Assembly: GCA_965238075.1 (NCBI GenBank)
Contig: OZ250173.1
Span: forward strand, 1,376,001 to 1,440,000
DNA length: 64,000 nucleotides
Source of the DNA: Candidatus Entotheonellaceae bacterium
GTDB lineage: Bacteria; Tectomicrobia; Entotheonellia; Entotheonellales; Entotheonellaceae
Direction: 5' to 3'
Positions 38,411 through 48,279 of the stretch are shown here, one piece after another. The notes beneath the pieces were generated by a model. That model ran no database searches. It worked only from the letters and a program-made list of their open reading frames with translations, and was not told the DNA's origin. The translations under genes were made by a program, and so were the position numbers. Each line of letters opens with the position of its first letter. The first letter of the stretch is position 1.

Positions 38411-40670
38411 GCGGTTCTCCGCCTTGCGGACCAAAAAAGATGGTTTCCATGGCATCGAGGCACTGCCGGCGCCGTAATGCTTCCGCGCTCGTCATCCCCT
38501 CTACCTGCTGCCGCCCGGCGTGCAGGTAGGTCGACACGGCGTCGCCCACCAAGCCGCGGGCATCTTTGCCGTATGACGCGAGTTGGTCATCCACCCAACG
38601 CGATACCGCCTCCGGCGTGCCTTGGCCCTGCGCATAGGCGAGTGCCCGTTCTTCGAAACCCGGCACCAAGCGCTCAACGAAATCGAGCCGCTTGTCGAGC
38701 GGCACCAAGGCGGAGATGCGCAGCGCATACTCCGGCAGATCGACGCCGATGGTCGCCAGCATCTGGCGGGTGAAGTCATCGGCCAGACGTTGCGCCAGGG
38801 CGTCGGTTGCTGTCTTGCTGCGCGCCAAGGCGCCGTCTCCGGCCTCGATGCCCAGGGGCGGCGCCGGGACTTCCAGGTACAGTTTGTTTTTGGGCTCGGT
38901 GCCGGAGGGTCGGATGATGACGCGCGCGCCGTTGGCCAATTGATACGCCAACACGTTGCGGGCCGCGCGGTCGGTGTCGGAGAGCAGCGGGCCGTGCGCG
39001 CCGCTCTCGTCCCAGTGGTCGACCGCCCGTGTCACCTCCCAGCCGGCGATCTCCTTGGGCGGGCTGTGGCGCAGGGTGTCCTGGATGTGTTGAATACGGC
39101 CGGCGCCCTCGGCTCCGCTCATCACCATCGAGGCGCCGAGGTTGGCGAAGTAGCCGTAGCGCTTGTAGATGTCGTCCAGGTAATCGAGCAGTACCCGCCC
39201 CTGTTGGCGTTGCCAGGCCGCCAGCTCAGCCAGCAGCAGGGCGGCGCCGGCAGCGTCTTTGTCGCGCATTTCCGGGGTCACCAGGATGCCGTGGCTCTCC
39301 TCGACGGCGACGATGAAGTCGTCCAGCGAGGCGGCCACGGCGCCGTATCGTTGCCGTTGCTCGATTTGGTGCAGCACGTTGGCGTGGTACTTGAGGCCGA
39401 CCAGCAGATCGCCGATCAGCGTGCCGCCGAAGTGGGCGGTGATGGGCCGCAGGAGTTCGGTGGTCACCTCGGTCTTGATCACCAGCGGCCGTGCCGGCAG
39501 GCGTCCGAGGTGCTGCAACTGTTCCAGCTTGTAGTGGGTGACCAGGACGGCGATTTCGTTGCCGGTGAGGAAGCGGTAGGCGCTGTCCGGAGTGCGCGAG
39601 CAGGCGCCGATACGATCCGCATCGGGATCGCAGGCCAGCACCGCGTCGGCGTTCAATTTTTCGGCTAACGCCATGCCCATCGCCATGGCCTGCGGCACCT
39701 CCGGGTTCGGGGCGCGGAACGGCACCGCCGGAAAAGCGCCGTCCGGCGTCGCCTGCTCGTCTACCATGACAACCTCAAACCCCGCCCGCCGCAACACCTC
39801 GCCGACCGTGTTGTCGGCCGTGCCGTGGAGCGGCGTGAACACGATCTTGGCGCGCCGCGCCGCCGGTTGCAGCGATTGCGCAACGTTCAGCGCCACGTAC
39901 GCCTCGTGCACCCGCGGCGGCACCGGCGACAGCAACCCGCTGGCCTTGGCGGCGGCGAAATCAAGCGTCTTGACCCGCGTGATGCCCGCCACCTTGTTGG
40001 CCATCGCCTCGTCGTCCGGCGGCACGTCCTGCGCTCCTTGGGCGTTGTAGAACTTGCCGCCGTTGTCGTCGGGATGGTTGTGCGAGGCGGAGATATTGAG
40101 CCCGGCGCTGGCGCCGAGGACGCGGACGGTATAAGACAACTCGGGCGTGGAGATATACGTCTCGGCATCTTCCGGCAGCATGTGCACGGCGATCCCGTGC
40201 GCCGCGTACACGCCCGCCGCCGTGCGCGCAAAATCCCGCGACGTCATGCCGAGCAGCGGATTGGGGAGGTCCGGGTTATACAGCCCGCGCAAGTCCTGAA
40301 ACACTCGCACGTCGTAGGCGATGATCACCGAGAGCGGCGCCCCGGGATGGCGTTCCTGAAGGTAGGCGACGTGCCCCTGCACGGAGGACGCCAGGGTCCA
40401 TGGATTGAAGCGATTCGGACCGATGCCGACCGGCCCGCGGCGCCCCCCGGTGCCAAAGGGCAGGACGCGATAAAAGCCATCCAGCAAGAGCGACCAACAT
40501 TCCGTTTCGATCAGCCAGTGTAGTTGCGCACGATACGGCGTCAAGGCGTCCTCGGTGAGCCAAGAGGCCAGGGCACGCAGGGCGTTCTGCTTAAGCGACT
40601 CGGCCACCTGCAGGCCCGCAAAACCCCGTTCCGCTCGGCGCTGGAAGTCGTCCATGTTGCTCGTCTCCAC
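38400..40670 (-). CDS. Phosphoglucomutase/phosphomannomutase family, with C-terminal extension
   Basis: FGTGGRRG, phosphoserine motif ISASHN, TPLHG, metal loop DPDADR, EESHG, DKDA, RPSGTEPK. Confidence 0.9.
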   Translation of the reverse strand: METSNMDDFQRRAERGFAGLQVAESLKQNALRALASWLTEDALTPYRAQLHWLIETECWSLLLDGFYRVLPFGTGGRRGPVGIGPNRFNPWTLASSVQGHVAYLQERHPGAPLSVIIAYDVRVFQDLRGLYNPDLPNPLLGMTSRDFARTAAGVYAAHGIAVHMLPEDAETYISTPELSYTVRVLGASAGLNISASHNHPDDNGGKFYNAQGAQDVPPDDEAMANKVAGITRVKTLDFAAAKASGLLSPVPPRVHEAYVALNVAQSLQPAARRAKIVFTPLHGTADNTVGEVLRRAGFEVVMVDEQATPDGAFPAVPFRAPNPEVPQAMAMGMALAEKLNADAVLACDPDADRIGACSRTPDSAYRFLTGNEIAVLVTHYKLEQLQHLGRLPARPLVIKTEVTTELLRPITAHFGGTLIGDLLVGLKYHANVLHQIEQRQRYGAVAASLDDFIVAVEESHGILVTPEMRDKDAAGAALLLAELAAWQRQQGRVLLDYLDDIYKRYGYFANLGASMVMSGAEGAGRIQHIQDTLRHSPPKEIAGWEVTRAVDHWDESGAHGPLLSDTDRAARNVLAYQLANGARVIIRPSGTEPKNKLYLEVPAPPLGIEAGDGALARSKTATDALAQRLADDFTRQMLATIGVDLPEYALRISALVPLDKRLDFVERLVPGFEERALAYAQGQGTPEAVSRWVDDQLASYGKDARGLVGDAVSTYLHAGRQQVEGMTSAEALRRRQCLDAMETIFFGPQGGEPHVT

Positions 40671-40717
40671 GTTGAACTTACATCCAGAGGGAAGAAAAAT
40701 GTCGAATCAGCCAAAGG

Positions 40718-40936
40718 TTACCCGACAATCCGGCTACGAGTCTCGGTGACAGGACTGGTGGATACGTCAAAGACCCCAAGCGCCCCGGCCATGCTTTTTT
40801 CCTTGGAGACCTTTGTGCGGCAGGCGGAGGCATCCACTCTCGTTATGACGTGCTGAATTTCTTCCCACAGCTTCTTGCGATGAACGAGCAGGTATTCCTC
40901 GCCGTTGAGATGGGAATAGCGGGCCTTGATCTGCAT
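40718..40936 (-). pseudogene. Truncated BglII/BstYI-family type II restriction endonuclease (N-terminal ~50 aa)
   Basis: MQIKARYSHLNGEEYLLVHRKKLWEEIQHVITRVDASACRTKVSKEKSM, then unrelated sequence; start overlaps the methyltransferase stop. Confidence 0.65.
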
Positions 40937-41871
40937 CAGTGACCCCCATTGGGCTTGCTGGGATCGTAGATGGGCTTGCCCATCGGGCGCGTGCGGAGCC
41001 GGCCGGCGCGCAGTTGGTCGACGCGCTGTCGGGCGATGTCCACGTATTCCGGCACGATGTCGCAGCCGTATGCCTGCCGGTCGTGCATGAGCGCGGCGAT
41101 GACGGACGACCCGACGCCCATGTAGGGATCCAGCACCGCATCGTTCTCATGCGTCATGCAGAGCACCAGGCGCTCGACCGACTCAACGGGGAATTGGCAG
41201 GGATGCACGGTTTTTTCGGGATGATTGCTTTTGACGTTCGGGAATTCCCACACGTCGCCCGGGTTCTTGCCCTTCGGATTTCCCGACAGCTTGCCGATGT
41301 TCGGCCCCTTGAAGTGACGCTTGCCGGGATATTTGGACGGCACCCGAATGGGGTCCAGATTCCACGTGTAGCGGTCGCTTTTTGTCCACCAGTTGATCGT
41401 CTCGTAACGGCCCGACAGTCGCCGTGTGCAGTGCAGGCCGTGCCCAAAGTGCCACACGATGCGGTTGCGCAGCTTGAGACCCTGGGCGCGAAAAAGCGGG
41501 TACAGCACGGCATCAAGAGGCACGATCTCGCCGTCATCGACGTAGTTGCCGACCTGCCAGCAGATCGACCCCTGAGGATGCAATACCCGAACGCTTTCTT
41601 GGATGACGCGGGCCTGTTTGTCCAGATAGTCGGCGAGCGATAGTCTGTCCTCGTAACCCTTGCCGATGTTGTACGGGGACGAGGTGATAACCAGCTTGAC
41701 GTGCCCGTCGGCAAGGCGTTCCATGAAGGGCAGATTGTCCTCGCACGCCAGGATGGGCTCGTTGCGGACGCCGCCGTTGGGCGCGGCTGTTTGAGGCAAG
41801 GTTGGCGGCGTTTCGGGCAGCGGCGCCGGGAAGGACAGATTCCCTTGGGCATTCTCTGTTCTGTCAGGCAT
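40936..41871 (-). CDS. Site-specific DNA methyltransferase (beta class, N4C/N6A)
   Basis: Motif IV ITSSPYNIG (SPPY expected), RNRIVW, HPCQFP, motif I VLDPYMGVGSS; start uncertain. Confidence 0.85.
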   Translation of the reverse strand: MPDRTENAQGNLSFPAPLPETPPTLPQTAAPNGGVRNEPILACEDNLPFMERLADGHVKLVITSSPYNIGKGYEDRLSLADYLDKQARVIQESVRVLHPQGSICWQVGNYVDDGEIVPLDAVLYPLFRAQGLKLRNRIVWHFGHGLHCTRRLSGRYETINWWTKSDRYTWNLDPIRVPSKYPGKRHFKGPNIGKLSGNPKGKNPGDVWEFPNVKSNHPEKTVHPCQFPVESVERLVLCMTHENDAVLDPYMGVGSSVIAALMHDRQAYGCDIVPEYVDIARQRVDQLRAGRLRTRPMGKPIYDPSKPNGGH

Positions 41872-41995
41872 GTGGAATGCGTTCCTCAACCGAGCGGAGA
41901 CAGGCCGCGTACCTGAGCGGCATGGAAGCACCGCAGGTACGGCATACCGTGCCATTGTTACCGTTGTGCCGTCAAACGCCGGAGGTCGCCCCCTT

Positions 41996-42814
41996 TCACC
42001 CGCCCGCATGCAGGCGCCGCCGAGCGAGGAATTGTTTGAGGGTTTGGGCGCAGGCGGCGCCATGGGAGCAGACCAGGCCATGACGGGCGTCGGCGAAGAC
42101 CTGCAGTTCGCTGTGCGGGATGTGACGATGCATCTCGAGGAAAACCTCCAACGAGATGAACGGACTGGCGTTCGGCGCCAGGATCAGGGTTGGGACGGTA
42201 ATGCGCGGCAGCATCGCGGTGAGATCGGTACCCAGCAGCAGATCGGCGAGATCGAGGGTGCTGTCGGCGGAGGTGGCGGCCTGTTCGCGGTGAAACCACT
42301 CGGCGACCGGCGCCGGCACGCCGCTGTCGTGAAACCGCAGGTCCATCATCATGCGCGACCACGCTTCCATGCCGTGCTGTTCGATATAGGCGCGCCACTC
42401 GCCGGCGCGCTGAATCGAGCCGCCGCGATGCGCCGCCGAACACACGGTGAGGCTGTCGAGCGCATCGCCGTGCGCGATGGCAAGCGCCAGGGCCACGGTG
42501 CCGCCAAGCGATTCACCAACCAGGTGAAACGCTTCAGCACCCGCCGCCCGGGCCACGGCCAACACGTCCTCGACCAGTAGGTCCATGGTCCAGGGGAAGC
42601 CTGCCCCCGGCGCCGTGGAGCGGCCGAAGCCGCGCGTGTCGAAGCGCACCAGGCGGTACTGATCCGCCAACACCGGCAACCAGGTGCTCCAGATGCCGTG
42701 GGTCGTGCTCACCCCGTGGCAAAACACGACCGTGCCGGGGTTTTCGACCCAAGGGGGCGTGAGGTCCGTCACCTCGTAGTACAGAGAGCCCGGCTCTCGT
42801 TCCAACCATGGCAT
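41996..42814 (-). CDS. Alpha/beta fold hydrolase
   Basis: VVFCHG, FDTRGFGRS, GESLGG, DARHG. Confidence 0.88.
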   Translation of the reverse strand: MPWLEREPGSLYYEVTDLTPPWVENPGTVVFCHGVSTTHGIWSTWLPVLADQYRLVRFDTRGFGRSTAPGAGFPWTMDLLVEDVLAVARAAGAEAFHLVGESLGGTVALALAIAHGDALDSLTVCSAAHRGGSIQRAGEWRAYIEQHGMEAWSRMMMDLRFHDSGVPAPVAEWFHREQAATSADSTLDLADLLLGTDLTAMLPRITVPTLILAPNASPFISLEVFLEMHRHIPHSELQVFADARHGLVCSHGAACAQTLKQFLARRRLHAGG

Positions 42815-43725
42815 TGCTGCGCTCCTTATATCTTCGGCCTTACCGGTCCGGTTTGATTGTTGCGGTGGCTGTGGACGCCCTCAACCCTTGCATCATAGCG
42901 CGCCCGCCGCGCAAGGTGAAGCCCGTCCACGGCGCTTCAATTGCCGGCCGCATTCACACCAATTTCCACAGCTACAGCCGGCACTATCGCCTGGGCTGGC
43001 TGCAACCCGTCGTGTTGCGCTACCTGCGCTGGTTTCACAACCGCACGCGCGGCACCCTGACGCCGAGCCTCGACCTGCGCGACCGCCTGCAGGACCTGAG
43101 CTTCCGAAACGTCAGCGTTCTCGGGCGCGGCGTCGACGCCCACCTGTTCAACCCGCAACGCCGCAGCGCCGACTTGCGCCGCAAATGGGGCGCGGCGCCG
43201 GACGACCCGATGGCCCTGTACGTCGGGCGGGTGGCGCCGGAAAAGAATATCGAATTGGCGATTACCGCCTTCCGGGCCATGCAGCGCCGGAACGCGGCCA
43301 CCAAGCTGGTCATCGTCGGCGACGGCCCGCTGCGCACCAGGCTGCAACAGAAATATCCCGACCTGAACTTCGCGGGCCTGCGCCGCGACGAGCAACTGGC
43401 CGCCTGCTACGCCTCGGCCGACGTCTTTCTCTTTCCGAGCGAAACGGAAACCTTCGGCAACGTCGTCCTGGAAGCCATGGCCAGCGGGCTGGCTGTCGTC
43501 GCCTACGATTATGCCGCCGCCCGCATGCACGTCACGTCCGGCGAAACCGGTCTGCGGGTGCCGTACGCCGACGCGGATGCCTTTGTCGCCGCGGCTGTGC
43601 GGCAGGCCCGCGCCCATGCCGCGGCGCAGAACTGGCCGGCCGTTGTGGACCGCTTCGCCGCGTTGCTGACCGATATGCCGAACCCGCCGGGGCGTCGACC
43701 CGCGGCGGCCAACGCGCCGCTATAA
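42808..43725 (+). pseudogene. GT4-family glycosyltransferase lacking its N-terminus
   Basis: HTNFHSYSRHY, GRGVDAHLFNP, LYVGRVAPEKNI, FLFPSETETFGNVVLEAMASGL; most of the N-terminal domain is absent. Confidence 0.7.
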
Positions 43726-43784
43726 CGCAGCCCGGATTTACGTGAAGAAACGCCTTGTGACCCCGTGCATGAAAGGAGGCCGAC

Positions 43785-45113
43785 ATGTGGCTTGAAACGA
43801 CACGACAACACTGGCTGGGCTGTCTCGGCCTGGATGCCGCGGCGGGCTGTCAGTTGCAGATGCAGGACGGCTGGCTCCTGTTCGTCGGGCTCGGCTTGGC
43901 GTGGCTGCTGATACGCGGCGGAAGCCGGCTTTTCAACGCCATTTACACCCTCCGCGCCGCTGCCCCTGATGCCCGCGCTGTCGCGCCACCTGTCGTTGTG
44001 GGTCAAACGCCGCGAGTACGACGAGGATGCCTTTTTCCGCGCCGACGGCGCCGCGGCGCACTGGGCGGAGCGCCGCCAGAAGGCCCTCGACCGCTTGGCC
44101 ACGTACTTTCAGACCAAATACGCCAAATCCGTCGACTGGGGCAATGACATCCGCGACAGCTTCTCGGACCTGCGCTTCACAGACGCCAACCGCGTGCCGT
44201 TTCCGTTCATGCGGGTGATACGGGAGAAATTCAACCTGTGCTCGGTGGTGACGGCCTCCAAGGGACCGAAGCTGCGTGACCTGGACGGCCATTGGAGCCC
44301 CGACGTGGGCGGCTCCTACGGGGTCAACGTGGCCGGCTTCGAGCGGGATGCGGTAGGGCCTGGAGCGGGTGAAGGACGTCGGACCGGTTCTCGGGCCGCT
44401 GCACCCGCTGGTGGCCGACAACATCGCGTTGCTCAAGTCGATTTCCGGGCTCGACGAAGTGTCGTTCCACATGAGCGGCACCGAAGCCGTCATGGCCGCG
44501 GTGCGGCTGGCGCGCTTCAACACCCGCCGCAAACTCATTGTGGCGTTCTCCGGCGCCTACCACGGCTGGTGGGACGGCGTGCAGCCGGGGCTCGGCAGCG
44601 AGCGTGCCATCAGCGACTGCCTCACCCTGAAGGACATGCACCCGGCGTCGCTCGACGTGATTCGCAAACGCTCCAAGGAAATCGCCGGCGTGCTCATCAA
44701 CCCGGTGCAATCGTTTCACCCCAACGCCCCGCCGCCCAGCGACGCGGTGCTGCTCACCAGTAACGTGCGGCAAACCCAGGACCTCGCCTCCGACTACGCC
44801 CGCTGGCTGCGGCAACTAAGCGAGGTGTGCCGGGAATGCAACGTGCCGCTGATCTTCGACGAGGTGTACAGCGGCTTCCGGCTGGCCCCCGGCGCCGCGC
44901 GTCGACCTGGTGGCGCAGCAGTGGTTCGGGCTCACGGTGCTGGTGGTCGGGTGGCACGTCGGGTACCTGATGTGGAAGCACAACACGTGGCTGGCGATGA
45001 TCTGGTTCATCAAGCTGGCCACCGATCCCTTCACCGACATCGTGGCCTACTCGCCCCGCTACATCAACGCTGCCAAAGGGCCGCTGCCGGCGCGAGCGAA
45101 CAGAAGCCGATGA
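43785..45113 (+). pseudogene. Class III aminotransferase (GSA-mutase-like) fused to a membrane domain; frameshifted and internally deleted
   Basis: Consecutive pieces in different frames: MWLETT...(43785), MPALSRHL...GGSYGVNVAG (43969), GPVLGPLHP...SFHMSGTEAVMAAVRLAR...GAYHGWWD...LIFDEVYSGFRLAPG (44369-44895), then an abrupt jump to ..WLAMIWFIKLATDPFTD. The PLP-lysine region is missing. Confidence 0.7.
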
Positions 45114-45632
45114 GCGTGGCCCTGTTTCTCGCTGCCGCCCTGCTGCTCGGCTTGGAGCGCCTGTTCTACGTCTGGGTGTGGCGCCATCCCGAGACCTTCT
45201 GCGACCTGTGCCGGCGTCCGGCGCTGTGGTTTCTGGGCACCCCGGTCGACGGTGTGCAGCGGTTCTTCTACGTCTTCAAAGTCATTCAGATCGGCGTGTT
45301 TCTGGTCTGATGCGGCTATTTCGGGGACGGCGCGAGCGGCCCGGCGGCCCATGGCGGCGGGCCTCGTGCTCATCCTGGCGGGACAGGTGCTCAACTTCAG
45401 CGTGTTCTACCGGCTGGGCAAGATCGGGGTGTATTACGGCGTCCGCTTCGGCCATGAGGTGCCGTGGTGCCGCGACTTTCCGTTCTCGCTGCTCAAGCAT
45501 CCGCAATACATCGGCGCCGTCATGTCCATCTGGGGCTTCTTCCTGGTCATGCGGTTTCCACACAGAGACTGGTTCGTGCTGCCGGCGCTCGAGACCGTGT
45601 ATTACGCATTGGGGGCGTATTGCGAACAGTAA
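45110..45632 (+). pseudogene. PEMT-like phospholipid methyltransferase, split
   Basis: MSVALF..LERLFYVWVWRHP..FKVIQIGVFLV-TGA(45308-45310); GQVLNFSVFYRLG..GVYYG.RFG..VPW...FPFS.LKHPQYIGA continues in another frame. Confidence 0.7.
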
Positions 45633-45796
45633 GAAGTTGTTGCTGACCACGACAGGGGAACCGTCGTGTCCTGCTCCGTTCGAGCGTTGCCCTCCCGGGG
45701 GCAATCCTTTATCGTATACGCCGCACCGCCAACCGGGATTACCTACCCCCACCGGCGGTGTTTCCCCACAAAACGGCATTCGCGACGGGAGCAGGC

Positions 45797-46639
45797 ATGG
45801 TATCGGCAGTTGTACGTCAGGAAACCCAATCGGCGCGCGACTTTCTCAGGTCGTTGCGTGAGGAAATTCAGTGCCATCCCGGCGTCGGGCATTCGCTGCT
45901 GGGCCGCATGCTGACGGACCCGCGCACCCGCCACGACTTCAAAATCCTGGCCTCGCAGCACTATCCCCTGGTCGCCAATTTCACCACCTACATGGAACTC
46001 CTGCTGCTGCGGGCGCCGAGCAGCGAAGCCAAGCGGTGGCTCGCCAAGGTGTTGGTGGACGAGTACGGCGAGCGCTCGGATGGCGACGACCATGCCGCGT
46101 CCTACCGGGCCTTCATGCACGCCGCCGGTATCGCGCCGGGCAGCGAGGCGAGCTACCCGCTGCATCCCGAGGTGGTCGGCTTCATCCGCGAGCACTACCG
46201 TATCTGTACGCAGGAACCCTTTCTGGTCGGCCTCGGCGCGGTCGGGCCAGGTCATGAATGGTCCATTCCCACCATGTTCGAGCACGTCATGATCGGCCTG
46301 CGCAAGGCCGGATTCGCTGACGACGACGTGACGTACTGGTCGATGCACCTGGATCAGGACGCGGACCACGGGGCGTGGTTGGAAGAAGCGCTAGTGGCGT
46401 TTTGCGAGACGCCGGAAGCGCGGGAGCAGATTCGCCGCGGCGCCCTGCTGAGTCTCAAGGCGCGCGAACAGTTCTGGTGGGGCGTGCTCGACAAGATCAG
46501 CAGCGAACGCACCAAGGCCATGCTGCCCGGCGTCGCCCCGGCCACCGCCGGCGCCGAGGCTACCCAGCCGACGTATGCCGACCTGCGGCAGGGTCTGGAG
46601 ATTCGCGTCGACCTTGGCGCCGTGAGCGGCACGCCATGA
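45797..46639 (+). CDS. Heme-oxygenase-like diiron oxidase (CADD/TenA/PqqC-like)
   Basis: Ligand pattern DEYG.....DH / GHEW / WSMHLDQDADH (E..H, E, HxxxDxxH); GGGAG ribosome-binding site. Confidence 0.8.
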   Translation: MVSAVVRQETQSARDFLRSLREEIQCHPGVGHSLLGRMLTDPRTRHDFKILASQHYPLVANFTTYMELLLLRAPSSEAKRWLAKVLVDEYGERSDGDDHAASYRAFMHAAGIAPGSEASYPLHPEVVGFIREHYRICTQEPFLVGLGAVGPGHEWSIPTMFEHVMIGLRKAGFADDDVTYWSMHLDQDADHGAWLEEALVAFCETPEAREQIRRGALLSLKAREQFWWGVLDKISSERTKAMLPGVAPATAGAEATQPTYADLRQGLEIRVDLGAVSGTP

Positions 46640-47595
46640 GCTGCCCGACCCCTGCCCTCCTGATGGTGGCGTTCGGCGGCCCGACACCGGGCTGCTGCGA
46701 ACGCTTCACGCCTTGCCCGGGCGAGGCGCACTGCTTTGTCTCCGGCATCCTCGGCCACAACCCGGCGCGCCGCCAGCGCGTCGCCGAAGTGGCGGCCCAT
46801 TATCAGGAATTCGGCGGCTATTCCGAATTCAATGCTTATACCCGGAAGCAAGCCGAGGCGCTGGCCGCGGAACTGGGCTCACGCGGCCTCGACGTGCCGG
46901 TCTGGTGTGGATATCACCACTGGCGGCCATACGTGCGTGAGGTTGTTGCCGATATGAAAGCGGCGGGCGTGCAGGAAATGCTGGTGCTGATCATGGCGCC
47001 GCATCAGTCGTCGGTGAGTTGGGACCTGTATCTGCGGATCGTTGGGGAGGGCATTGAGCAAGCCGGGACGGGTGCCCCGAGGGTGATCGGGGTGGTAGAG
47101 CCGTGGTGGAATGAAGCTGGGTTTACCGAGGCGATTGCCGACCGCATCAGCGAGGCGAGCCGCAACGGGGAGATCAATCTGTGCGCCCCGGACACAGCGC
47201 TCCTGCTCACCGCGCACGCCGTGCCCGAGTCATTATCGCGGACCGCCCCATACTGCAAACAAATCGAAGAGACCGCGGCTCTGGTTGCCGCACAGCTCGG
47301 CGGGCCCGATTACCGCGTTGCCTACCAATCCCAGTCCGGCGATTCGGCCGTGCCCTGGACGCAGCCGATGGTGGAGGACGTCATCGCCGCCTATGCCGAT
47401 GCCGGCAAATCGACCATCGTCGGCAGTGCCATCGGCTTTCTGTGCGACAACATCGAGGTGCTGTACGACCTCGGCGTTGAGGGCCAGCGCCGCGCCGCCG
47501 AGCACGGCCTCCGCTTCGTGCGCGCCGAGTCGGTACACAGCCACCCCGCCTTTATCCGCATGCTGGCCGACCGCGTTGCCGCCAAGCTCGCCTGA
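46636..47595 (+). CDS. hemH: Ferrochelatase with a Cys-rich N-terminal insertion
   Basis: LLMVAFGGP, AAHYQEFGGYS, HWRPYV, LLTAHAVP, AYQSQSG...PWTQP, GFLCDNIEVLYDL; ATGA overlap with the upstream gene. Confidence 0.85.
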   Translation: MSCPTPALLMVAFGGPTPGCCERFTPCPGEAHCFVSGILGHNPARRQRVAEVAAHYQEFGGYSEFNAYTRKQAEALAAELGSRGLDVPVWCGYHHWRPYVREVVADMKAAGVQEMLVLIMAPHQSSVSWDLYLRIVGEGIEQAGTGAPRVIGVVEPWWNEAGFTEAIADRISEASRNGEINLCAPDTALLLTAHAVPESLSRTAPYCKQIEETAALVAAQLGGPDYRVAYQSQSGDSAVPWTQPMVEDVIAAYADAGKSTIVGSAIGFLCDNIEVLYDLGVEGQRRAAEHGLRFVRAESVHSHPAFIRMLADRVAAKLA

Positions 47596-47630
47596 CGGCG
47601 ATTTACTCCACGACCTGCCAGACGACGCCC

Positions 47631-48248
47631 CTACTTCAAAACCCTCCAGTCGCCCCCCGCCGTCCTGCAGGCATAAACCGGCGCTATTCCAGCTTCGAGC
47701 ACCTTGCATTCTGTCAACGTGGTTTCGAGACTTCGGCTTGATCTACCGCGCGGAGGTGCCGTAACGACATTCACCTCCCGCACCGGCGTAACGGACGCCA
47801 CAGGGGCCGGAAGCTGATACGTCACGACAGTCCGCGGCTGCGCTGGCGCCTCATAATAATGGTGGTGCACATGGCGTTCGCGCCGCGGGTGCCGTGGGTG
47901 CACGTATATGGGAGGCTGGAACACCGGGTAGTCGTAATACACGTGTCGTCTGTGCCTCAGATGGCGATGTCCCCGGCGATGATGCCGATAGGGGTCGGGA
48001 TCTACGGCATGATATCCAGCTATTCCCCCGAGCAGCGACCCAACCCCGATGGCAACGCCTCGCTCGGCACCCCTGCCAATTGTCGAGCCGATCGCCCCGC
48101 CGATCACACTCCCCACGATGGCACCGACCACACGTTCGTCATCATCAGAGCCGGCCTGAGCGGACGGACTCACCGCCATGAACGCAACCGCAGCCAAAAT
48201 TCCTGCGGCAAGGGGTCGAAAAGCTTTACCTCGGATCATTACCGCCAA
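47631..48248 (-). CDS. Glycine-zipper 2TM exported protein
   Basis: Signal peptide; VGAIVGSVIGGAIGSTIGRG..GVAIGVGSLLGGIAG; His/Arg-rich linker; C-terminal ACRTAGGDW. Confidence 0.75.
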   Translation of the reverse strand: MAVMIRGKAFRPLAAGILAAVAFMAVSPSAQAGSDDDERVVGAIVGSVIGGAIGSTIGRGAERGVAIGVGSLLGGIAGYHAVDPDPYRHHRRGHRHLRHRRHVYYDYPVFQPPIYVHPRHPRRERHVHHHYYEAPAQPRTVVTYQLPAPVASVTPVREVNVVTAPPRGRSSRSLETTLTECKVLEAGIAPVYACRTAGGDWRVLK

Positions 48249-48279
48249 CCTCCTCTATGGTGTTGCGTATATCCTTGCC

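Noticed and set aside
45308-45310. TGA inside the PEMT-like gene as a third selenocysteine
   Set aside because: The context (FLV*CGYF) fits TGG to TGA, a frameshift follows shortly after, the neighbouring genes are also decayed, and PEMT is not a known selenoprotein family.
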